A DNA stretch of 45,239 nt from Caecitellus pseudoparvulus (lineage: Eukaryota; Protista; Bigyra: Bicosoecida). The position numbers were made by a program, and so were the translations under genes. Location: NCBI GenBank assembly GCA_965644315.1, contig CBFFRQ010000136.1, positions 1 to 45,239 of the forward strand, read 5' to 3'. Shown one piece after another: positions 9,268 through 22,285 of the stretch; position 1 is the first letter of the stretch, and each line of letters begins with the position of its first letter. Below the pieces are notes generated by a model. The model had not been told where the DNA came from and searched no databases. It saw only the letters and a list, made by a program, of their open reading frames with translations.

Positions 9268-10767
9268 TCACCGCCCGCAAGCTGCCCTGAGGAGTAGAAA
9301 AGCACGCCTCCCGCTCCTCGTGCTTGTTCCGCACCAAGCAGCGTCCTTCCCTGCCTGCAGAGCAGTGTCCCCCGCCAACGCTGCAGCTTCGCGTGGCATG
9401 GCCCGGCTGCCTGTGAGCCCCATCAACTCTCGCACCACGTGCGAGTGGCCATTCCTGCACGCCATGCGGAAGCCCACGTCAGGGCCATCCCAGCTTCCCA
9501 CATGGACATCGACAGTTCTTTGTCCCGTGAGGGCCAACAGCTCGCGCACCACGTGCACGTGGCCACGCTCACAAGCACTCCGAAAACCAACCTCTGGCCC
9601 AGTCCCATCTGCAACGCGAACGTCAATCGCCTTATCGCCGACCACGTCGAGTAACTCGCGCAGGACGGCCAAGTGGCCAAGGTAGCAAGCCCAACGGAAG
9701 CCATACTCAGGCCCAACTCGGTCTCCCGCGTGGGTGTCCACCGCCCGCTCCGCCGGCAACGCCAACAGCAAACGCACAACGTTTGCGTGGCCATACCGGC
9801 AAGCGAGCCGAAAGGCAGATTCGGGCCCATCAGCATCCCCTGCATGTACATCCACTGCCAGCTCGCCAGAAAGGGCGAGCAAGTCTCGCACGACAGTCTC
9901 ATGTCCTCCTGCACATGCAGATCGAAAGCCAGCTTCAGCCCCTTCCTCGTCACATGCGTGCACGTCTACCTGCCGTTCACCAGTGAGAGCCAGCAGCTCA
10001 CGAACTACAGCGTCATGGCCGTGCTGACATGCCCTCCGAAAGCCAGCCTCTGGTCCTTCCCAATCTCCAGCGTGCACGTCCACACCGCGGTGGCCTGTCA
10101 GCGCCAGGAGTTCGCGCACCACACCAACATGGCCCCGTGCACACGCGTACCGAAAGGGGGCCTCAGGCCCATCCTCATCTCCCACATGCACATCAATCTC
10201 ACGGTCCCCATCAAGCCGCAGCAACACACGCACAACATCCAAGTGGCCGTGCAAGCACGCGGCACGAAAGGCAGCCTCCGGCCCAGCCGAGTCCCCAGCG
10301 TGCACATCCACTGCAGGCTCGCTGCCGAGACGCAGCAGCTCAGAAACAACATCCAGGTGGCCTTCCGAACTGGCCGCTCGAAAGGCAAACTCAGGCCCGT
10401 CTTCATCCCCAGCGTGCACATCAACGGCCTTCTCCCCGCTCAGAGCAAGCAGCTCCCGCACCGTCTCCACATGCCCATTTCAGCAAGCCAATCGAAAACC
10501 CGCCTCAAGGCCGTTCTCATCACCTGCATGGACATCCAGGCCTGCCTCTTCCTCCACAGCCAGCAGTGCTCGCAACAGGCCAACGTGCCCTGCTCCACAT
10601 GCTCTCAAAAAGCCAGCGGTAATGTCGTCCCCTGTCAGAGCCCCAAGCACAGACTCTGCACTCGCCTTTGACCCGTGGAGCATGTCCATCAGTGTGGTTA
10701 CGTCACCACCTGTGCAAGCAGCCCTCCACTCTCCCACGGCACCGGCATCGTCCGCCTCACTCTCCAT
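9268..10767 (-). pseudogene. Ankyrin-like 38-aa repeat protein, copy 1 (10 full repeats plus 1 partial), one in-frame TGA
   Basis: Repeat consensus VDVHAGDxxGPExxFRxACxxGHxxVVRELLxLxGxxA. TGA at 10480-10482 (FRLAC*NGH) separates two in-frame ORFs. C-terminal cap DAAWCGTSTRSGRRAFLLLR. Confidence 0.85.
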
Positions 10768-11278
10768 GGCGTTGCGGAGCAGATTCCGCACATGTGGTCT
10801 CGATGCACCTCCGCGCTGTGGAAGGAACAAGGCTCCAGCAGGCCGACCAGGGTCAAATTCTAAGTTGCACTTTCACACTCCAGTTGTGAACATGAACGGC
10901 ACCTGGGCTTCCGCGTTTTCCTCACGCACCGTAACTGCTCCAAGTGTCAGCCGAGGCAGTGGCGTCAGCTGCCCCCTCGTGCCTATCGCCTCATGCTGCC
11001 TCCAAAGTTCCTTCGAGCTGGACCGCTCACTCTCTTTTCAACTCAAACACCTTCATGGTCCTCTAGAGATCGCTCCACTTCCTAGTCTTTGCCGAGATCA
11101 GTTACACGTCGCAAGAATATCTGTACAATTTGCCATTTGCCATCGACAGTGCACCAATGAGCGAATACAAATTTGTAGCTCAACATTTTTGCACGTACGT
11201 AAATGTGCCTGCCACCATGCCAGGCAAACTAGTGTGTGCATTTTGCAGCCCATGTCACCTTCTCTTTCCATTGTTACC

Positions 11279-14200
11279 TCAAGAGCGAGCAATGGCAGGG
11301 CCGACGACCAAGGGCGACTTGGTGCGAGTGGCTGGGGTCGCCACACTCGAGTCCTCTGCTTCCTGGCGCAGGCCAGCTTCCCGCACCATGGCCACATCAC
11401 GCGAGAGGGCGATTGCCTTATCCACAGAAATGCAGCTGCCGAGCGCAATGCAGGCCGCTGCGCTCCTGCGTGGTCCAAACGTGCAGCACCAGAGGCCTGG
11501 GTGTGGGACGTGCTTCATGTGTGAATGCGTCGGCGATTGCTGCAGGTACAGCTTCAGCCAGTCAAAGACTGCAGCGTGCCGCCTACGCAGGGTGGCGACG
11601 CCTGCGCCGAGCAGGAGGAGGAAGGTCATGGCCAAGAACAGTGTGTTGGCGAGGAAGATGGCGCCCTGCAGCAGGAACTCCGTCTTCTCCCCGACCAGTA
11701 GTTCGTCGCCCAGCGCCAGGCCTCCGAAGGCAGACACACAAATGGCGGTCAGTGCTGCGGTTTCCACAGCATTCATCAGCGTGGCCTCGTACGGCAAGGA
11801 TGCAACATGGACGACAAGGGGTTGACAGCACGAGGCAGATCAGCGCTGCTTGCAGCTCGGCATTGCGCACGGTGACAGCGACTACAGCAAGGAGCACTTT
11901 CCGTGGCAGCACGACCAGCAACTCCCAGTACCAGAAGTTGGGCTCGTCTTCTTCTTTGCGGGGAGAGTCCTCAGAGTGCGCACGGGGAATTCTGAACCCT
12001 TCATACACCGCACCGTACACTGCCTTCACGCTGTGCTTGTAGACATGGTGCCTGTGGCGGCAGACCAGGCAGGCGCTACCGAGGGGGATGCCGACATCCC
12101 ACACCAGCAAGCCAAGGTATGCTGCGAGCTGGGCGGTCTGGAACATGGAGTCCATGCTTCCGTGTGCGACATCTGAACGGAGGAACAGGAAGCCCAGGAT
12201 GCGGAAGTCGTACGTGTCCAGCATGCGCAGACATGCCTCGACTACAGGGAAGTGCACCAGCAAGAGCAGGATGAAGGCTGCGCGATACGCTTGCTCAGCA
12301 CACCTCGCCCGCTGCTTGAAGAGGTCCACAGTCTTTGCCAGCACAGCTTTCTCCTCAGAGCGCATGCTTGCAGGGTGGGCCGGCGGTGCGCCAGGCATCA
12401 CAGCTGCTTCAACCTGCGCTGCCGCCTGGCTGCGGCTTGATCGCGGCTTGCGCATATCAATGACGACTGAGCCTTCCGACTCTTCATCAGCCTCGGCCAG
12501 ATCGTCCAAGTCAGCCCACGCAGATGTCCGTCTCGCTGCTGGAGATAGGTCAGTCGGGCCTGTGTCGTCTTGGAATGAGGTGGACCTTGGAACCAGCGCG
12601 GAAGGTCTGGAAGTTGGAGACACCAGGGTCTTTGGCGCGGGGAAGGCGAACGTAGCGTCAACCAAAGCACTGTCTTTCTTGGGAGGAGTGGAAGCTGCAA
12701 GGGGCTGCGGGGCCACTACCCCAGACTCGGCAACGCCTTCCCCGCCAACTGAGCCCCCACCCTTCTCCTCAGCATACCTCTCAGCAGCAGCCTGCAGCAC
12801 TGCGTGGCTTTGCCGCTGCAAGATGCTGAACACACCCGCTACGATCAGCGGAATGCTCACTGCAGCAATGGGTATGCTCAAGGTGTTGAAGAAGCGAGTG
12901 TATATGTCTGTGTGGAAGGCGCATTGCGCAGGCACCGAGTTGGTGTTGACACCGACCGACACTGAGGAGAGCCACGCTATGATGCCATCTAACGCGCTTT
13001 CAGGAGGCAAGCGGGTACTCAGCAGCACTGCATACATCTGGGCCCAGCCGGTCATGACTCGGAACACCCCAGTGAGCTGTCCCCTGCTCTGACCCTCCTT
13101 GCTCTCCCGATCACTCGTGCGCAGGGCCAGGTACACGAGGAGCCCCGTGAAGAAAACCCAGGAGCCGATGCTCTGCAGAAAGCCGAAGCTGTCGTTGGGA
13201 CACTTCACGCAAAGCAGCTGTGGGCTGGACCTTGCCCAGCCTTCAGCACACTCGCCACAGAGGATGCCCCTGTGCCCAGGCACGCAAGAGATGCCACTCG
13301 AGTTCGCTACAGGCCTGCACGCATCTGGAGGCGTGCACTGAAGGATGCTCGCACCAGCGTAAAGAACCGCTTTCCCTGCGACTGCGGCCTGCAACTCAGC
13401 TGTCTCATTCACAAGTGCTTGCAGACGCCGTCTCGCGGGCGAATCAGCGCTCGTTGTGTCACCCTGTAACTCGGCACTGGCCACATCTTTCAGCTTGCTC
13501 CACTACCTGTCCTGCAACTTGGGGTGTGATGGCACCATGGACGCATCGGTCACGCAGGTATCACACCAGAAACCTGGACGGGGCCTGAACTGCCCAGCAG
13601 CGCAGCCGACGCCGTTCAAGGGGCACTGCAAGCACTTGGTCTGGGCCAGGTTGGCAAAAGTGCCGCCAGGGCACTGCGTGCATGCAGCCTCTTGGTTTTC
13701 AACGTTGGCACGGATTGTTCCAGGAGGGCAGCGCTCACACCGAAGCCCAGAAGTGTCGTTGGTGCTCTGGCGGCGCTGCCAGCCAGTAGCACAAATGCAG
13801 TCCATCTGCGAGTCAGCTAACACCTCGCTGTCGGTGCGGCACGTTGGGCTCACTACCACAGCAGGCACAGCCACTGCACCTCGTGACAGATAAGGATATA
13901 TGGCTTGCCCAGAGATAGAGGATGTGAGCAGCGTAGTTTGTGGCTGAGACGGTTGGACTTGCAGCACGGCATGCCCTTCATCCAGCGCCGCCAGCCCAAC
14001 AGTCAGGTCGGCTTCGCCGGTCACCAGCTGGCGCACTTGCGGTAACTCAACGAGGGACTCCACTTCGCGACTTGTGGCATCTCGTGCTTCAAGCAGGAGC
14101 CCCACTTGCTGCCGCCCGGACACAATGATCGCGCTTCCAGGCGCTGAGGCATCCATCATGGACATGTTGCGTTGCCCGCTCAAAGCAGACTGAATGGCGA

Positions 14201-16478
14201 TCACTTCGCGGTCAGCGCGTTTGGGCCACGAAACCGCATCGGGCAGCATGAATCTGCTCGTGTGCGAGAACGCACCTCCACCACGCACCTGCACTCGTAC
14301 TGGGATAGCCCGGATTTCATCGTACGCTGCCAGCGCGGCCACGTCTGTCGCACCTGACGCACCTTCTGCCACAGATGCAGTGATCCGCACCAAAATAGTT
14401 GCCGCAAATTCACCTGTACCGCACAAAAGCCCCAGAGGTGGCCGAGGCCCAAGACAAAGCTCGCCCCCATGCACAACGCTGACTGGCACCACCAGTTGCC
14501 CAGTGGAAGCAGGCAGCAAGAGCTCATGCTTTGGAGTGGTTGTTTGCAGCCATGTGGCTGTGGACGATGTGCCCTGCGACGGAACCACTTGCACGTGTAG
14601 ATCAGCAAAGGATGCCAACGTTTGCAAGATGGCAATGCCGGAGGCTTCCTTGCTGGGCGCCACTGTCAGCGACACGGTGCCAGGAACCACAGAAAGCAGC
14701 GTGGAGCGCATGGTCAACGGCAGCACCTGATCAAGCTGCCCAGCTTTGGACTTGGCATCGTACTCATTCGTGCGCAAGCGCAGGGTGCTCGAAAACAGTC
14801 CGCTGACAGCTGCACCCGGAGAAACCAGCCAGACTGTGAGGAGCACGCGTTCTCCCACGCCAAGGGACCCCTGCAGCACTGCTGACTCTTCTCGAAGGGA
14901 TCCAACCGAAACGACGCCCTGCTCGTCGGCAAGCACGTAAACAATGTTGGAGCCAGTGCCTCCAGCATGGCCACATACACCTGCTGGGGTGCACACTGCG
15001 AGCCATGGAGCCAAGCTAGCGTCCGCGTGGTCAAGTCTCCAGGTCAGGGTGCCAGATACAACGTTTCGCAGAAGCAGCTGCTGCGTGCTGTTGCCGCCTG
15101 GGATGAAATTGCGCTCCAGGACACGAGGCCGCATGTCCGAGATCGGCGCGATGACCCGCAATGTGACCTGCACGATGACAGGCAAAATGTCGGCCACCCG
15201 AAGTCGCCCAGGTGCCCCGCCAGCCGCATCGTTTGAAGCCGTCGAGTTTGCCTGGAAGGTACCAGTGGCCCGGTGCAGACCAGGGGGAAGGTTCGCAGAC
15301 CTCATGGTCAAGATAACTCCTTGTTGGCCTTGGTTTGCGGGGAGTCGCGCCTTCCGAGCTGCAGACAGCGTCGGCCAGCCCTGTTGCTGGCCCCGAAAGG
15401 AAACCTGAGCGTCCCAGTGCACATGCTCGGCACTGGACACAATGCCAGCTTGAGACTTGGTGTCAGACTGGCCGTTGAGCTCGAAAGCAGCGGCCACTTC
15501 CACAGGGAAGGCGGTGAGGAACGGGAGGGGCTGGGGAGTGACACCGGCGGTGGAAGAGGAGGAGGCGCCGGGTGACTTGGTTGGTTGGGCGGATGCACTG
15601 CTGGATGCCGTTGGCGCTGGAGTCCTGCTGCTTGACCGGCGGACAAGAGGCGATCTAGAAGGGGCGATGGAAGGCAGCGGCGCTGAGCTTTGAGCCAAGT
15701 CCACCACTTTCTCGGGTAAGACTGCAGTCGCATCCAAGCCGGCGACGCCGCGGACGTGAACCACAAGGTCAAATGCTCCCGAGTTCCCAGTCGACTTCAA
15801 GTACGCGCTGGGGAGTCGTGGCAGCCCATCAACTGCAGCAGACCCAAGCTGCAAGGAAAGGGAGACGACCAAGCGTGGAAACGTTGACGTAAAAGTTCGA
15901 GTCACCCTCCACCAGTCAGTCGAGCGCAGACAAGGACCCCAAGCCGCAAGCCTCGCGTCGATGCAAGACACGCTCAAAACAACCAGTGTCGCAGCAGATC
16001 CGACGTCTGGTGCATCAGACAGCGACAGGGGGGCGCCAACACTGGTTCCTGTCTGAGCACCAACCAACAAGACCGCTGGATCATGCAGTGCTGCCTCGAT
16101 GGTGCCCCCATCCAAGGCCACTTCCTGCTGCACAGTCGAGGACAGCCACTCGGGCGGCCTTGAAGACGGAGTCGCGCTGGGAGTTGCTGTCACTGATGGC
16201 GTCGCAGAGGGGGAGTTGCTGGGAGCGGATGCAGCTGGTGCTGAGGGCGTGGCGACGCACGCTGTGGCATCGTGGGATGGGCGTGGAAGACTGCCGCGAG
16301 CATGCTGAAGGATACGGCATGCTACGCATACACCCTTGTGCAGCGCCTGTGGGAGGCAAGCCACCCTGCGCTGAGCGGCGCAGCTGCCGTCAGTGGCATT
16401 GGCAGAACGCTCCCAGGCGCAGGAAGCGGCAGCAACACCAACACCTCTCACAAAGCACTCCCTCGTCCACGCTGTCAA
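11279..16478 (-). pseudogene. Large surface/membrane protein: Ser/Thr/Pro stalks, Ig-like beta domains, Cys-rich repeats and a multipass TM region; disrupted
   Basis: ORFs 13503-16478 and 11583-13484 are in frame across a TAG at 13503-13505. A frameshift near 11820 leads into 11279-11797. Cys motifs CERCPPG, CTQCPGG and GHRGILCGECAEGW; several hydrophobic helices; YGAVYEGF...WYWELLVVLPRK. The start is uncertain. Confidence 0.7.
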
Positions 16479-17321
16479 GCAAAGAGGGGGTGGAACCCGA
16501 CATCAGTGCAACTCATGCCATGGTCATTCAGCATCGGGCCCCTCCTCCACCGCCAGCAGCTTGGTCAGCGACCAGTCCGCACCGCGAGCAGGCCAAGACA
16601 ACAGCAGCGGCGAGCTTCACCGGCAGCAGCGGGGCCAGCGTGGAATGCCAGCCTTCACACTTCACATTCAGCAGTGTTTCTAAAGCATTGACGTGTCAAT
16701 CACGACAGCCGGCCCCACCTCGCGTCAGGCTCACAAGTATCTCCCGTGCAGGACACTGCACCTTCATCCGATTTCCGCAGCCCAGCTGCCTGCTCTGCAC
16801 TGCCCCTGAGCGTCCTGCCGCGAGATTACAGCGGCAAGGCGAATTCTTTCACTTTGACATATGGACGATAGATTTCAATGATGGCCACTCGGGGCTCCCA
16901 GACTTGCCCCTTTCGCTGCCAGGCTGCAGAACGTGTTTGACTGGCTCTGCCCACGGCAGCGCAACCCAATGCAAGGCGCTGTCCACGATGGCATGCCTGC
17001 CCAAGTGCAGGGACTGCACAGCAGACCATGACACTTGGCAGTATTAGGTTACCTCCAGACTTGTTTGTTCAATGGAATCCAATGACGGCACGGCCATGAT
17101 CTGCAAAGGCAAGGCTCACACCTGTCTCGCATCGAAGGCCAAGCCTGGCAAGCTGTGTGGCGGGGTGAGCATGAAGCAAGACATCTGACCTTCAGGGATG
17201 CTGCCCAAGGCTGGGGGTCGATTTGCTTATGTCAACCGCAGTGATCCACACGCTGGCGACACTGCTTGCCCAGCTTTGACCGACCTGAAACGAAATGCAC
17301 ATGAGAACATTGTCTGTCTGT

Positions 17322-17690
17322 AACACGCCCACATGCTGCCCCAGGGCCCAGTGAATGCCGTTGAAGCACTGGAGGTATTTGCTGGGGCCCTTACGGCAAA
17401 AGTTGCTCCCGAATTCTGGGGGTGCCGCAGACGGCAATAGTTTCTACTGGCCCCACGAGGTGGTCGCAGCACCTCCCGGATGGATGCAAGTCCTGAAAAC
17501 GTGCATTCCGTACTGTGGGGCCGTGTTTGATCATGTGGTAGAAGCTCAACTTCAAGGCGCAGGCGTGGAACGCGGGCAGCCCGCCGCGGACCTCGCGCGG
17601 CGAGCCCGCTACACAGCCGCCACGCCTGCCGCCTGGACCATGCCGAGCAACCTCGCTCCCGGGCGAGGTGGCACGGTAGATAGCAAGTGA
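17322..17690 (+). mobile_element. Internal fragment of the element B family (C-terminal coding part)
   Basis: Highly similar by eye to 6591-6957 (GPLRQKLLPNSGGAADG.SFYWPHEVVAAPPGW..VLKTCI.YCGAVFDHVVEAQL...LAPGRGG), with scattered substitutions and a 1-nt insertion. Lacks the 3' UTR and telomeric repeats. Confidence 0.9.
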
Positions 17691-18113
17691 GGTGGGTTGG
17701 GTGAAAAAAGAGCCTGGTATCCATTTCTGAAGACATCTCTCTCCGTGTCAAAAGGAAGAGGCTTGGCGTGCGAACAGCTAGAGCAATTGAGTTGCATTAT
17801 TCGTTGCGAGACTCGTGACGCGATGTGACTCGCCTGGTCGGAAGCTTGGGAAACATCGAGCAGTATATCCCCCACAAATGATCAGACGTGGTGCTCTTTG
17901 TTCTTTTGCCTGGGTCCACGGCAAAGGCCTCGAACCATGCTCCGCCAGATATGGTCTGCCAACAATGTCGTTGTGAGGCTCGTCAAATTCGGCTTTCTCG
18001 CAGAGCACAATGCAGGTATCTCCAGCTTTCGCCTTTCTCACAGCAACATCACATTCGTGCACACATGTTTGCTTCGGGTCAATCTCTACTACAAGTACGC
18101 AATGATCTTCGTC

Positions 18114-21100
18114 TTACTCACCAGACGAGGGCTGGAAAGGGGAAGACAGCTCCTCAATCATGGGCACACTTTCAGACAGACCTATCATGGAAGGTGGCAA
18201 ATAGTTCTGCCCAAACACCCCGAAGAAGCCTGGAATGTCAGCTTGGTCTAGTGTGTGTCCACCTTTGTCTTGTTCGGTGGGTGTGCAATACACGAAGAAG
18301 AGGTCAACGTGTTCCGTATCAGTGATGCGTTTCGTGAGAGGAATCAGAGACTCGTCAATGATGCCACCTTTCTGCGCGTCTGCTTCGGCAACCTGCTCTG
18401 CTTCATCGACCATGTCTTCAGAAAGCTCGCTATCGGAATCTGCACTCATGGAGTCCACAGACATGACGGCAGGGCTCTCATCCTCAGCTTCCCGGATCCC
18501 AGACGTACCTTCAGCCTCAGCACCCTCGTCTGCACCGCGTTTGGGGACGACCTGGCTTGGGTCCTTAAGTATTGGTGCAGGCGCTCTGGGCTCATCAGGG
18601 AGTTCCCTCATACGCTTCGCAGTCGTCTCCTCGAGTTCTTTTCGAGGGGCCGCTTCGAGCAAAGCCGGGGACATGACGAGCTTGGAAAACTTGTCCCCCC
18701 TGCACTCGACTTTGGCATTGAGGTCAATGGGGATGCCAAAGCTCCACAAAATGGAATTCGCCATGCTCGTCTTCTTTTCAGCTGGTTCTTTCTCGGAGTA
18801 CCTGAACTTCACCTCAGAACCCTTGAGTTCAGTGAAGTACTTCATACTGAAAGCAAGGCTGGCGATGTCCTTCAAAGTTGGTGGGATCTCCACTTCTTCA
18901 CTATCCTTGGGGCGTGTACCGGCAAAGATCAGGCTGGACGGCGTCTTATTCGCGCCGTGGACCTTAAGAGACGATATTGTGGTTTCGATGAAGGCAACCT
19001 GGAGGTTTGCCTTCCCGCCCTCCTCTGCGTGAGGGCGCCTGAATACAACGAAGTCCACTGTTGGGAATGAGTGGGGCGTGCGCACCACGTGCACTTTTCC
19101 AGGAGCAAGGGTTTGCACTTCCCGCACATCGACGAGGGACAGGCCCGCGCCGGTTGCGTCGGAAAGGACCTTTGCCTCTGGGAGTCGTGCGGCATCACTC
19201 ATAAAAGAGTGCCTCAGAAGCATCTTAATCGGAGTTTTACTTGCCTTCGCTGAGAGAGGTATGTACTTGGACCCAAACAAGCCCATTTCAAGCAGTGTTG
19301 TCACGGTTCCCTCAAACTGTTCACCGGTGCCGATGTGGCCAGCCCCAGACAGAAGCCTTTCCCAGGCATCTCTCCTCTCCGGGTCATCGCTCGTCATGGC
19401 ATCGGTGTGGCATTTGAAGAGCGCTCGCATGTACGCATGCCGTGCAACGTGTGACGAAAACTTGGAATTGGCGCGCAAGCTGAGTTCGTCTGGGTTGGTT
19501 CTGGAGAGAATGGAGAGTGCGGCCAAGGAATGGTCCAAAAAGATGGATATGCCACCCGCTTGCTTGGCAATCTCGTCGCTTGTTGCTTCGTCTAGGCGCT
19601 TTTCACACTTTGACTCCAGAAGACGAAGAGTGTGCAACCACCCTTTTCCCAATACTTCACGAAACCAGGCCGCGTTCTTCTTCGAGGGAGTTGCTTCCTT
19701 TGCCATATTGACCACCACGCGCAAATCACGAGGAACAACTCCCAAGGACACAATCAAGTTCAAAAAATTTGTTCTCAGCTTCTCGTCGTCCAGCAACTGG
19801 ACTGCTGCAGAAGGGAGCTGAAGGGATACGTCTTCCCCACGCCCCACACCCTTCACTTCACCCTCATCTATCTTGTCAAGTATGTTCAAGGGGTCGTCAG
19901 AGGCTTGTGGCCCCATCATCAGTTTGAAAGCAAGCTCCGGACTGCAGCGTTCCAGCTCGTAGAAGGGGTTAGGCAAGTCCTTTGACGACTGACTGTTGAA
20001 CGTCTCTTGCACTCCCTTCAGTTCGTTCTTTATCAGCTGGGAAGCGTGAAAGTCAGGAGAAAAGGCAAAAATTTTGTCAGAGGGCTCAGTCCAACTAAAC
20101 AGACTCTCCAGATGCTTCCACCACTCAGCAGGCTCCTTGTTTGTCTTTTCGTCTGCAAGCAGTTTCTGCAGGCGGTTGGCTTCGTCGATGATCAGGGCAC
20201 CAAACTGGCTTTCCTTTTCTTGTTCACCTTCGGAAATCCCCTTATTGAAGGTTGTTTCTTCAGACAAGAACATGCTCTTTAGGGCTTCATGCGCATCAGA
20301 CCCGTAGATGCCAATTGCAGCCATGTCACGGAAGAGTTTGGGGGTGCAAACACTGTCTCCGCATGACATGGATAAACCACCTTGCATGAGCCGACTTGGG
20401 AGTTGCTCGAAGAGAGACGACCCAGGCGCAAGCACGTTAGACATAGGCATGTACATGACATTGCCCCCCGCCCCGACGCTGAGGATCAATGCCAGCGTCC
20501 GGAGAGTTGCGGACTTTCCTGTCCCGTGCACTGCCGTGGTCATGACACCAAGCCTGCTTGACTCTTCAGAGGAAACAGTTTTCTTTAACAGCTTTGCTCG
20601 CCCACGAGTAAGTACGAATGTTGACAGGTACAACTTGCGCATTGGCCATTTTGATTTTTCCACATCATGGAACCCGTGCACTGCAGGCCGGAGGCCATAA
20701 ATGATCAGATCGCTCACAGACTTCTTTGTCAGGCCAGTCTTGGCATCTTTAAACAGGAATGGCTGGCCCCCCAGATCGGCAACCGAAGCACCACACCCTC
20801 CAAAATGTTCCCCACGAAAATGGGATGGCAGCCGGTGGACCACTTGATTCCTTGTTCACGGTTCAGCTTGTCCACCGTCCACCCTTCCTCCAGAGCACGC
20901 AACACGGGCCAACTAGATGCGTTGCCTTTGTTGACAGCATCCCCTGCATCAAGAAGCCAGCCAAAGTTCGCATCAATGATGCTACTGTGGGTCTCGCCCG
21001 ACTTGAGAATGGCATTTATGAAATCTTGATCAGTGACGCCCACATTTTCAAGTTGCGCCTTGGCTGCAGCCTCCCCTCTACTTGCCCTCAGCAGCATGGA

Positions 21101-22285
21101 GCGAAAGGGGACACCGAAGTTCACCACTTTTCCTTTTCGAGTCCTTTCGTTGAACCATGCACCGCGGATAGCATCTTCGAGCTGCAGCTGGAATTCTTTC
21201 GCCAGGTCTTGCGGAAAACCTCTGGGGAGCAAGCTTGCACTGACGATTGGCGCTTTTCGCCTTGCCAGGATAGCAAGCTTCAAATTGCCAAGCTTCTCGA
21301 GGACACTGAGTCCGTGTTTCGACTTTGATGTCTCAAACGAGTCGCAAATGGTGTCTACAACCCCACTGCCTTTGAGAATGCCCCACAATTCAGGACGGGC
21401 ATTGGCCTGCGCAGAGAGAGATGAGTAGCCCCAGTGTAACGACTTCAGCTAAGGGAGGAAAGAACATTCTACATACCTCGCATGTTTTCAAAGCGCTCTT
21501 TAAGTCAGCAAGTTTCGCCTGCTCCTCTTGCAACTTCGCTTCCTCGGCAAGTCTGTGTCGTCTAAGTTCACCCTCAAGTGCTTTGTCTGCCTTGACCAGC
21601 TCCGTGAAATGAACCTCTGCTTCTGACAAAAACGTGGCCAACTTCTTCACCCACACTTTAGCAACGCGATTCTCGAACTGCATCCCAATCGAGCTCATCA
21701 GTTCACCCCCTTGAGCAAGTTCCAAGCTGACCTCAACTGGCAGCGCAAGAAGTTCAGCAAGGAACTTAGCCCGTATTTCTTCACTTCCGCCCTTGTATCG
21801 AAGCCCGAGGTCGACTTGAGCAATGAAGCCGCTTGAGACGAATGCTCTCAACAGATTCGCATCAGGGGGTCCTGAGAAGGCGAATCAAAGGGCAGGGTGA
21901 AGCGCCTCGCACAAGCGCACCTCAAGGGCAAGCTACGCACCTTCAGCTTCTTGAGGGCAGCAAGAGCCAACTTGGCAACCCGTCCTTGTGGGTTCAGACC
22001 ATCAAAAGCCTTCAGCAGCTTCTCTTGCTGGCTCTCCTCCAGCTCAGTCCACCATTCCGTGCTCGGAAGCACTTCGCTGGCCTTCGGAGGCTCCGCCGCC
22101 GCAGCACCAGCTACAGACGAAGTGTGGCGCAGCAAGCTGGGTGCCTGGGGCGGCTTGGGTGCGCACGGTGGAGGCCAGAGCACTGAAGCAGCAGCAAATT
22201 CCGCCCCAACACTGCGCACCGACAACAGAGGCCGCAGTGACGCCCCCACAGCACGAGACAAGGTCGACGCAGCCTTTAAGCTCAT
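18114..22285 (-). pseudogene. Crinkler/RHS-like P-loop NTPase plus restriction-endonuclease-fold protein, paralogue 1 (2 probable introns, at least 1 frameshift)
   Basis: Walker A HGTGKS, Walker B LIIDE and REase-like PHSFPTVDFVVF...AFIETTIS. An intron at 21407-21476 joins two ORFs in frame. A probable intron at ~21874-21940 needs a 1-nt correction. A -1 frameshift occurs near 20845. ATG at 22285. Confidence 0.7.
21407..21476 (-). other. Spliceosomal intron (70 nt, phase 0)
   Basis: GAG|GTATGT...CTCTCTGCGCAG|GCC. Removal fuses ORF 21390-21851 in frame to ORF 20729-21388. Confidence 0.75.

Noticed and set aside
9400-10540. CRISPR-like or satellite array with a 114-nt period
   Set aside because: The periodicity is explained by protein-coding ankyrin-like repeats with synonymous variation, in a eukaryotic context.
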